From Antedon mediterranea (Eukaryota > Animalia > Echinodermata), in assembly GCF_964355755.1 (NCBI RefSeq), contig NC_092670.1, positions 672,201-736,200 on the forward strand: a stretch of 64,000 bases of DNA, written 5' to 3'. The position numbers and the translations under genes are program-made. Within the stretch, counting starts at the first letter, position 1, and every line of letters starts with the position of its first letter. Below the pieces are notes generated by a model. It saw only the letters and a list, made by a program, of their open reading frames with translations. It had not been told where the DNA came from and did no database searches. Of this stretch, positions 12,101-24,100 are shown in pieces.

Positions 12101-15100
12101 TAATTCCTATCTAGGTTTACCTGGGAGTTATTGATAAGTCTCACAGCTTTTTTCATTCCTAATTCCTATCTATGTTTACCTGGGAGTTATTGATAAGTCT
12201 CACAGCTTTTTTCATTCCTAATTCCTATCTATGTTTACCTGAGAGTTATTGATAAGTCTCACAGCTTTTTTCATTTTTAATTCCTATCTAGGTTTACCTG
12301 AGAGTTATTGATAAGTCTCACAGCTTTTTTCATTTTTAATTCCTATCTATGTTTACCTGAGAGTTATTGATAAGTCTCACAGCTTTTTTCATTGCTAATT
12401 CCTATCTAGGTTTACCTGAGAGTTATTGATAAGTCTCACAGCTTTTTTCATTTTTAATTCCTATCTATGTTTACCTGAGAGTTATTGATAAGTCTCACGG
12501 CTTTTTTCATTTTTAACTCCTATCTATGTTTACCTGAGAGTTATTGATAAGTCTCACAGCTTTTTTCATTTCTAATTCCTATCTAGGTTTACCTGGGAGT
12601 TATTGATAAGTCTCACAGCTTTTTTCATTGCTAATTCCTATCTAGGTTTACCTGAGAGTTATTGATAAGTCTCACAGCTTTTTTCATTTCTAATTCCTAT
12701 CTATGTTTACCTGGGAGTTATTGATAAGTCTCGCAGCTTTTTTCATTGCTAATTCCTATCTAGGTTTACCTGAGAGTTATTGATAAGTCTCACAGCTTTT
12801 TTCATTTCTAATTCCTATCTATGTTTACCTGGGAGTTATTGATAAGTCTCGCAGCTTTTTTCATTCCTAATTCCTATCTAGGTTTACCTGGGAGTTATTG
12901 ATAAGTCTCACAGCTTTTTTCATTCCTAATTCCTATCTATGTTTACCTGGGAGTTATTGATAAGTCTCGCGGCTTTTTCCATTGCAAGTAGTTGCCAAAG
13001 AGCCAGTACATGTTTCAGGCTGCATTGGTGGGATGCCTATAAAGATAATGGTAATGTGATAAATAATAATGTTTTGTTAGGAATTAAGTAAGTAACTAAA
13101 GTTATTGTCATTTGTAAATAGATAAAAACATTTACATTGAAATGAATTATATTGATATTGAATTAAAGAATATAAAAAAAGTGTAGTGTGTACAGTTTTT
13201 GATATCATACTTTAAAATGTCCACAAACATTACTATTTGTGGCATGAATGGGTTATAAACAACATTATATAAATCATAGCTCTGAAAAGAAAAATTAAAA
13301 ATGAAGATTAATATGTTTAAGATTACCAATATATAAAACTAATAAAATATTGAATACCGCCCACATATTGTATACCCACATTTTAGATCTTTTCTTTTAG
13401 CTGTAAAGTTCTGAAAAGAGTAACTCTTCTAGAAATCTATTGTGACATTACAAGGCCTTTATTACAATGTAAACAATTGCTTAGTTGAGTTTGAACCGAG
13501 TCTCATAAATCCATTTCCTTATATAATACACGGCCAACGACTAGAATTTACTTGTGCTTCTACAACTTTCTGTGGACAGTTTAACTACTCAGTGTTGCTC
13601 ATATATCACATAAAGGTATGTTTTATTATATTTAGTAATGATAGTAATGGTAAAATCAATGTTTTGTCCATTAGTATTGGATGAACCAGCAAATAAAAGT
13701 TTTTTAACCAGCTGACTAGCTCAAGTAGATATTGCTGTAAAAAATGATGAATACAGAATTTCTATAAAACCGGTTACAAAATTGTGAAAATATTAAGTCT
13801 ACATTTTTGCTAAAAGTACAAAGTTGATGAAAAGTAATAATTAGTAAGTAGCCATATGCAGGGAAAGGGAAATAGGTTGTTTGTGCATTTTATTGAACAT
13901 GAGTCTATTGTATTTTGTAGATGGATACTTGTATTCACTGTAATAACAAGTTTGATTTCTTCTGTACCTGTTGCCAATTAACATTCTGTAAAGACTGTGA
14001 TGTTGCTTCCTGCTATCAAAATAAACATTATGTGATTACAATGAATACAGCAGTTAACAGGTTTAAAAAAGAACTAGATGAAGTTAAAAAGTTAACTGAT
14101 GATATTAAATTGAAAATAGAAGAAAAGAGGGACTCGATTATGAATGATAATAATAACTTTCAACGTCACAAGACTGCATGCAAAACAGATATTGATTGCC
14201 TGAAAAATAAAGTCATCAAGGAAGTTGAAGACAAATGTAAAAAGTTGATTTCTGATCTTGACAATTTGTCTGAAGAAAGGGATAAAGTTTTTCCTAATAA
14301 AGTGGATTTTTTTGATTCAGTGATGGAAGATGTCGATCGTCTAAATTTATCAATCACAAAGTTATGTAATCCAAGAGACTTAAACCGTCTTGAGAGATTT
14401 GAAAAAGATCTTTCTCTTACTAGAAACAAGGTAATAGATGATGATCAAAGATCTCTAATGCCTAAGTTTATTCAATCTAAACGAATGAATGACATGATCA
14501 GTTGTAATATTATTGGCGAAATTATAGCCTATGACCCGGACTATGAAGTTGTTACTTGTACTACTAATAAGTTGGTACAAACAGGGGAATCTTTTACAAT
14601 AGACGTTTTGAGTTCCCGGCTCAATCAAGCGTGCCAGGTTGTTGCAAATTTAACTAAGTCAACTGGAGAAAGATCGAATGTTGAAGTTATACATGTTAGT
14701 GAAAATATGTACAAAATCAAAAGTTTATGTAATTCTGAAGGTGACTGGAAAATGAAAATAACTGTAGATAATAGAAACATCAAAGGATCACCAATAGATA
14801 TTGTAGTTGTACTTAGGCTTGTCTGTACTATTGATAACATTTCAAATAACATGGGCAAGAAAAACACTAAAAGAGTGGTTGATGTCATGTCACTTCAAGA
14901 TGGTAGTATTTTGATATCAAACGGTAGTTGTGAGGTATTGAAATTTAACCAATCAGGTTCATTTGTTGATAGCATAGACAGTTCTCAAAATGTCTGTAAC
15001 ATGTGCAAACTTGATGATAATCACATTGTTTATAGTAATCATGTCAATGGCCCATGTATCGTATTGTGTAATGATCAATTTAAAGAAATTAGATCTTTTG

Positions 15101-18100
15101 GTAAAGATAAATTAGCATATCCAAGTGGTGTAACAGTAAACAAGCCAACCAGAGTTGTGTATGTTACAGATGACCAACATGGTGTTTTAAAATTCAGTGT
15201 TGATAATGGTGAATACTTAGGTAGAATTGGTAGAACCATAATCAAATCAGAAGATAAGAGGCCTGAAGATGAGGAGATGAATGGGCCACTTGATGTGGCA
15301 TTAAACCATGACAACCAGCTACTTGTAGCTGACACACAGAATAGTAGAGTACAGATTTTTGATACAAATGGAGAATTCGTTAGTATTGCAATTTGCGCCG
15401 GACAAGAAGATGGAAAAGTAATCTGCCCATGTGGAATAATCGTAGATGAAGTTGGAAACATTATTGTTTCAAGTAATAATATGTTACAATTATTTAATAA
15501 AAATGGAGTTTTTATAAAACGAATAGATCACAAGGAAGATGGGTAAAATATCCCACTTGGAATCACAACAATAAAAGGGACAGCAAGGAAGTTAGCAGTA
15601 GCCAATCGCACTGGAAACAATGTTTATATCTATAACTACTAAAACCCACAATATCTTTTAGTTGATTTTATGAACCATTGTTAGAAGGGTCTAGTGTATT
15701 CTTGCTTTTGAAAGTTCTACCTATTCAATATACATACCACAAAAATAATAGAAAACCATAATATTTCTATTATTCTTTGTTATTTACCCAACCGCAAACA
15801 TACCAACAGTAGGTGTGTAGGTTTATGATTTGTGTTGCAATGAAAGTACATAAAAATAAAATGGATTGTAGAAACATTTCCTAATAGAGGTCATTGCCTT
15901 GATTTTTACTTTCCTAGTTCTGTTTAGTAAAGTTGGATTCCCATTGGGATGCTGTGCAAGGACGTACACGCATTGAAAGTAATTTGACCAATCACAAGCA
16001 ACTATTAACTGAACTGTCACTTGTTTCAAATTAACTGTTATATAACTGAACTGTCACTTGTTTCAAATTAACTGTCAACTGAACTGTCACTTGGTTCAAA
16101 TTAACTGTGTTGTGTGTGTGCTTGCATTGCATGGAAACAAAGCTTCACAAATTTCTTGATTGATTTGATTCACTTATGATAATCCTTAAAATACATATTG
16201 TGAATTTTTGTTAGTTACTTTTTTGTATTTTAAATGAAATAAAATTATTAATTAATTAGTAATTAATTATAGAAAATTATATTTCTTACTGTAGCACTTT
16301 TTAGTCCTTTGTCCTGTTTCATAGCAAGTTTATCTCGCAAGTAGTCATTGATCAACATGTCGGCCTCTGGCTTGTAGTTGGCAAGGAAACCAATAGCAAT
16401 ATCCAATGAAGCTAAGCATCCACATAGGTCTTGGTATGACCTCAGGTCAGCTAGGATACTGCATTGTAGAGCCTTTGATGAAAATTCTTCCTGCAAGTTT
16501 TTAAGAAGTAGACAATGGTAATCTTTTACACTCCATGAGTGACTCTTTAAAAAATCTTGATTGATCAAAACCTCGTATTTTAGCAGGGTAAAATCAATTT
16601 ATATACTTATACATAATTTCTGTTATAAATACAGTAGGATAATAAAAAAAATATATAGTACTGTATTTGCAACCTTAAAAAATTCAGTACAAAAAAGCTC
16701 CATTTTACCTGAGGGATATTATTTCGCAAATTCTCAAAGATAGCAGCATTCCGAACATCTTGGCGGAATAAAAGTTGGTCAAATTTGCACTTGATAAAAG
16801 CACGTCCCCTGACGAATCTTTCAATTACTTGGAGCTCCAGACCAGTCAGGTTATATTCAATTCGGTTTCCAGCCATTGGTCTTACTATATACTGACACTG
16901 CGACAAAATTAATGGAAGCAAATCACGATCTGGGTCATAGGCGATCAAATGGGACCGTAGTAAGTCGGATTTTTTTTCAACTTTGCTGAAAGAATAAAAA
17001 TGACAAAATTACGGTTTTAAGTTAGAATCAGGACAAATATGGTTCAATACTCAATATATAATTTATTTATTGAAACCACAGGTTGGCCATCAATAAAAAG
17101 TATTCATAAAATATAGGTAATCACATCACAGACTAACCTTAGTGTCTCCTCTCGTATGTTCTGATATCTCCCAAGAAATTCATTTTGTGTATCTCTAAGA
17201 AACTCTACAAGACCAGTGCAACAGAGTCCGGATTCCTGTCTTGTGGGCAACAGTATCGCCATGTTACTTTTGTATGTCACAGTTTCCAAAAAGCATTCTT
17301 GAATTTTTACTGAAATTTGTAATCAAAATCACAATTAATCTCTTCTCTTTGGTTTAGAGAAAGATACTAATAATAATTGTGAAACCTCTAAGCGCTGAAC
17401 ATTATTACCCGGTCATTTTTTGCATCAAACACGTATAGAAACATACTCCCATAATGCAGCTAGTAATCAGCGCAAATTTGGGTCTTGATCTAACCGGGTA
17501 CCTATTTATACACCTGAGTGGTGAGAGGCAAACGTAAGTAAAGTATCTTGCCTAAGGATACAAGCAATGTGGCGAGAGTTGGATTCGAACCACAATCTCA
17601 GTGCAACGTTAAACACACTGCACTAAAGCATTGTCCTCATAAAAAAACAAAGACTACTATTTTAATGAATACTATTACAATTATAAAATTATTTTACCTA
17701 TTGCTGCAACATCTCGTCTTAGAGAATTCCATGCATGAATGAATGTGTCAATCAAATGTTTAAACTCTGAATGCTCTGACACTAAAATGAAGGATTAATA
17801 TTGTTTTAATCTGTAGATTAACTTAAACTTAATTGTCTGTACCAAACCTGGCTGATGTCACACTCACAGCAACAACAACATTATATGCTTTCAATAAAAT
17901 TTATATAATCCTGGAATCTGATAAGATTTAACAAAGTGATTGGTATATAAGACCCTAAATCACCAAAATACAACTTAATTAATGGAGTTACTGTGGTCTA
18001 TAATAAGAATCACTTTATACCTTTGGTGTTAATCTGAGCACCAGTTTCAAACCTAAAGCTCTGACTCCACTATCAAACTTTCTGTGACAAATGTGATGTG

Positions 18101-21100
18101 CCCATAGCACTACCATATTTGGGCATATTATTATTCCCATATTTGGGCACATCACACTTTTTTTGTCACATAAAGTTTGATAGTGTAGACAGAGCTTTAG
18201 GATTGAAAAAATATGAGCAACAGAACAGTGGCTTAAAAAAGCTATACACCAGAAACAGATAATAACAAATAAAAAAAACAAAATGAGCAAAAATAATTAC
18301 CAGGGAGTTGGTCCAAAAATTTTGAAATGGTTAAGTTGATTGCTTCAGATGCATCTATATGTCGGTTGAACTTGTTGATTAGAAGACGTTGTAATTGTAC
18401 AATGTCTGGTAGATATCGCACAAATCTTAAATGCTTTTCCTGCAAACAAAAAAAAGCATTACATCAAGTATCTTACTGAACTAACTTTATATACTGTATA
18501 CACATATACTATTCACTGTAGTCAAATAACAAATGTACAGAAAGTTATTTTTTTTTACTAATGTTTGTTGTTATTATATTATTAACAATGTTTTGTAGTG
18601 AAAGAATGTGCCACTGTTAGTTGCTGCAGTAATTGTACAAGTTGCTGCAATAACTCCATGCATCAAAAGACTACATGCCGTGGAAAAACCTTTTTAGTAG
18701 CTTTCGATCTTAAAATAATTACAGCACCATTAGCAGTAGTATAATTACTTATTGTTGTCCATGTATAGACACATGATGTCATATCACTACCATATTTGAG
18801 CACATTACACTTTTGTTGTCACTAAAACTAGTTTGATAGTGTAGACAGAGCTTTACAAACCTTTCCAATGAAGTGTTTAAGTACAAGCAAGTTATCATCA
18901 TCTTGTTCATTTTCCAAAGCTTGATGGATGCTGTGTATTGTGATGCAACTACGATGCTGCCACACGTGAGATGTGTCTGCCAGTTTACCAAGGTCTTCTG
19001 GCTCAATTTGTGCATTCAGCAAACACATTAAGGGGTCGTTGCTAAGACGTTTGTCCTCACTTAATGTCTTGTTTGATTCGTTGATCATTTCATCAACACC
19101 CTGATAGAAAGTGAAATTGTGTTGAATTCTATAATTACAATTAAAAGAGTTAAAACCTTGGGTTTTTACAGTAAAAGTCTGGATGAGCTCCTTCCATCTC
19201 AACCAATTAAATTAATGTAAATCGTAGTGGGTTTCCCTACCTGGAGCACAGGTTTTATGTAAGCTGCTGTAAAGTTTTCTTCCCAAGTCTTTCTACAATT
19301 CTTTGATGTTAGCAGTTGCTGGAAACCAGATTGTAGATTGTCTATAAAAGGATATTATCGGTTTGGTTAATCAGAAAAAGTATACACTACACCTAGATAT
19401 TTTGCCTCTAGCTTAAAAATTGATTTTGTGCTCAAAGTATTGGCAACTTGAATGAGAATAAAGGCAGACATTTTCTTTCCACTTTAGTAGTGAGTAGTGA
19501 TGATAAAATGTTAAGGCTATCCAGTATGTAATGATCACACCTGCATCACTGTATGGTTTTGAACATTAGCAGTGTAAACAAAATCATTGCTTTGTTGGTT
19601 TAATACACACTAGGCCACACCTAGTACCCAAACACCAGACCTGGACCAACACTTAAAATTGTAACATTACCTGCCACTTTTGTTTGAAAAACGTTGTCAA
19701 TGACTTTATGCAGAATAAAGATAGAGTCATCCTTGCTTTTGCCTGTTGCTACTGACAACAGCCGTATATCATTATGCAGATGTCTCCATAGAAACTCAAG
19801 GACATTAGGTGGTGGTGGTCTAATAATGGTAATGATTGGCTAAAAAAAACCCAAAAAACTTGCGATTAAAAATACACAGTATTTAATATAGTTGACATAA
19901 TACTACACAGTCACTTTATGTTATTTTTTAACATCATCATTTACAACCAACCTGAGGTCCATGTTGACATTCTGTACCCAGTAGCATACTGCTATGCAAC
20001 AGGAATCGCACAATAGCAGTTGTTACACAGTTCATGGTTCTTTCACAAACTATTTGGTTGCCATTTGGCTGTGCGTTGCCAAGCACATGACCCTTCGATG
20101 TTGTATCAACCCTATAAGAAAAAGATATATTATCTTATATTCCTACTATAAAATGTTTCATGTTTATGTGATGTTACAAATAGATCACATTGTTACTGAA
20201 TGTTTTAATGTCCAACTATTCATTTTAAACATAAAAGCTATTTGTATAGCTTTGTAGCAATAAAGGGAAGATTTACTCAACAACTGTACATACTGAAATA
20301 AGTTGGCATTTTGTGCTTTAAAAACTGGTAAAATAATGTATATGGCACAACAATATATACTGTAATTGGGAAACCTTTAAATCAGTTCATATGACATTTA
20401 TGTTTAAATGATTGAATTAAGGAATAGATGCACTCAATTATTGTAAAATCAAGGTTGCAACTTTACATTGTAGTCATGTCAATTGTCCTGTTGTCCGAGT
20501 GTAACCTATGTCCCTCCCCTCCTATTGGTGCGCCACACTCCATACATCTACCAGTACCATAGGCTCTGCCACACTGAAAAATAAAATATTCACAGCAAAA
20601 ACTATAATAAAAGTACAGCTCTTAAGAAAAAAAAATTGTAATTAAAGTTCACATGTAGATATTATTAATTGAATATGAATTAAATGTTGTTTTTATTCAT
20701 AAGCAAATAAGGTAATAATACGTACATCTCCGATGACGTAAGGGTGACCATTTGGGCATTCTAAAAAAAGAAAAAAAAAACAACATAAGAGCATTGTAAT
20801 TCTGTTATTAAGCGAGTGAGTGGCCAAGCGGTTAAGGAAGGGGTGTCGACAATAACGGCATGAGTTTGAGGCCAACTCACCCCCTACAACTGTAGTTCTG
20901 GTGGTGGAACAAGTCTTCTTGGGTTAGGACTGTAAACCATAGGTCCAGTATACCTGATGAACTGTTTTACAAAATAGCCCTTGTATCAGGGTATTACCAC
21001 CTACTATTGTTAATCCCTTAAATCCTATAAAGAATTAAAATATAAAAAATAAGTGCTGATTACAAAAACATTATCATCATTTAGTGTGGTCTTTATATCG

Positions 21101-24100
21101 ACTTACTATTCCATGTCAAGTTAGGGTCAATGTTTGATTGACGGAGTGCTTGCACAGCTTCCATTCTATCATCTTGTGGCATTGCTGGTAAAAATGAATT
21201 CTAAAATGGAAAAGTATAGAAATTGAGTATGCTTCATCGGAATAAAAAGATTGGCTGAAATTAAATTAATTTAATTGATATCATTATTATACTTTATCTG
21301 ATAGCCAGTAGCAAAGAGCTCTATCCGAATCTATGAGAAAAGGCAAGAGGACAATCCAAAACCATATGGAAAAATTTACTATAACTTAGAAAAAATAAAT
21401 AAGTCTATGCACACTTCGGCCAATAATTGCTCAAATTGGAGAAGTTTTGTTAAGTGCGCTTTGTCGCAAGATGTTCAGCGTTCATGATGATGATGATGCT
21501 TTATTTCCTAGTTGATAAATCAGCATAAGTGAATTAATCCTAGACAAAATTAATGTTATTTAGGTCAGATATCCTTTCACTTTAAACTTCATCTCAGTTA
21601 AAGTGGCCTATTGAGTTTAAGTATTGTGCTCAGACAGTCTGATCATTATATCCTGTGTAGTTTCAGTCTTGGCTTAAAATTGCAAACTGCCATTGGGCAA
21701 AACAATAGGTCAAGTCTCTAACCTGCATTTTAGATGGTTCTCTCATCAGTGTAGCAAGGCACTGTGTTAGTGATTTTCGATCAACTACACTAAGAACAAT
21801 TTGAAGGTGAGTCACAGCCCCCTGAATACAGTAATCTTGATGGCTCAAATCTGGCATAACTCTAAGAACATGCTGCCTATTCTGTACTCTGTTCATTAAC
21901 AGTGTGTCTGCTATAACCTTTAAAGAATAAAGTAATTTTACTTTAGTTACTGTATGTATTTGTTGCAAATCAACACCTGAATATTTTGTACTGACCAAGA
22001 ATGAAACTCATAAAATAGACAGTACCGTACCTTGATTTTGAGGAATGGAAAATTCTGAAGGACTTCTCCAAACTTTCTTTTAACCTAAATAAAAATCAGA
22101 GAAACATTTTTAATTGCACTGCCATTTTTAATTCAAATATTCTATATTGATTTCAATTAATATATCTGATATAAAATGGTGAAAGTAATATAATTAACCT
22201 ACTTCTTGACCCATCACTTTAGCTTCTACTCGAGTTGTTGCATTCATTGTTATCTCTCTAAACAAGGAAAGAAGCAAGCAAACCTCTTTTTGTTTTTCTT
22301 TTCCTTTTACATTCTATATGAATAAAAACAGCTAAATTAATAAAATTAACAAACAATAATTAATAAAAACAGAAAGAACATTAGTCATGTATAAATTATT
22401 TTTATAGAATAAGCCATGTAACCAAATGTTAAATATGTAAATATATATGTATATACATGTATATTGAATAAAAACAAATTTATTTTCTGTTTACGTACAA
22501 TAATCACTTTAGACATTTTCTCAAAGTCTTTGTCCACCACACATTCACCAACAGCTTCCCGAATGCTTTTGTACGTATTGCCAACAATCACAAAATAATC
22601 TGGAATACTCTGTTCCTGTGGTATCAACCAAATATATATAATTAAGTCTCTTATTTAGAATCCATTCTTTAGTCACAGTGGGTTTCACATAATAATATAT
22701 AGTCATAATATAAGGATGGTGCAAAGAGCATGCTTTTTTTATTTTCATCAACCTAGAAGTCATTCTCACATGGAAGTGCTTAAGCAAAGAGGAATTAGTA
22801 TTAAAGGGATATAGCTTAAAGTTTAAGAACGAACTTGTATACATTGTTTGAAGGTTTGCATGACGAAATCAATATGTTGATATAAACTTTGTCCACAAAG
22901 TCTCCTGAGGACGGTCAAAGTATATTGATCAAAACAGATGTTTTCAGAACAATATATAGAAATGTGCCACAAACTTTACATCAACTTATATACAGTAGGG
23001 AACATCTGTGTGAAACAAACCTGAACTTTTAGCTCATCTGGCAAGATCCAGTCTAACTGGACATCATCTCTCAGTTGGTTTATAGCATCTCTACCATAAG
23101 CCTTGTACATGTATCTCACTAAGTACAGTTGAGCTTGCTTGTTCTTCTTGCAAAACTCACATGCATCTTTAAGCAGCATACTTAGCTACAAATTAATGTT
23201 TCATAATATTGATTATCTTTCTATTATTTATATAATTTTCTTTCATTATTAAGAAGAAAGAAAGGAGATGTTTATGATTTCCTCTGTGTATCATATAAAA
23301 CAATGAGATGTAAAAGCAGACACTAAATAAAAACTTACAAGACGTTTGATGTTTAATGAATCGTGATGTTGCTGTATGACATCAATGAGAATTGTAAAAG
23401 CAAACCGTATCTGTGCTATGGCTTCAAGTAATTGAACACTTAATGAACCACTATCATCAATATTTTGTCTTGTAAAGAATACTTGAGCACTTCGAAGTTT
23501 GTTATGAGCATCTTGTATCAGCTCACAGGTTTGATTATCAGCAGAGTCTTGAGATACACCTGAATAGTATGTGTCCTAAAAATAAGAAGGAAAAATATGT
23601 TAACATTTTAAATGAAAAGACAGAGTTCATTGTGACAGTGACTCATGTAAGTGTACAGTGGCTTAACTGTAATAACCGGCCAAATGCAGTTAGAAGAATG
23701 CAGAAAGAAGAAAATCACTAGCAGCTATGGCATATAACAAGCTGAAGCCGTCGCTAGAACACAAAACAATGTCTATAGACGTGGAATCCTGTTTGTTTGA
23801 CGCATACATAGCAAGTATTTTCTTATATAACAGTGAACTCTGGGTACTAAACAAAAAATTACAAGAGAGTATAGATATATATCACAGGAAAATGTTGCGA
23901 AAGATGATAGATATTAAATTAACAGATAGAGTGTGTAACACGAAAATATACGAGATAACAAAACAAGAAGAATGGAGTAAAAGAATTAAACGAAGGAGAC
24001 TAAAATGGTATGGACACATAATTAGATTACCGGATGATACCCCAATCAAACAAACAATGAAGGAAACTAACAGGAAAGTAAAACGACCCGTAGGAAGACC

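Larger units (their letters stand above)
7128..12986. repeat. 59-bp minisatellite (about 36 copies 7128-9380 and about 20 copies 11809-12986) derived from an exon/donor junction
   Basis: Unit ttcctatctatgtttacctgagagttattgataagtctcacagcttttttcattgctaa. The last copy overlaps coding exon 12947-13036. The array is interrupted by two insertions. Confidence 0.97.

Noticed and set aside
7128-12986. CRISPR-like array
   Set aside because: Units are contiguous with no unique spacers, there are no cas genes, and the context is a eukaryotic intron.
14166-15461. Minus-strand ORFs as additional RNF213 exons
   Set aside because: They are antisense shadows of the TRIM-NHL CDS. RNF213 exons 16290-16490 and 12947-13036 already join in frame.
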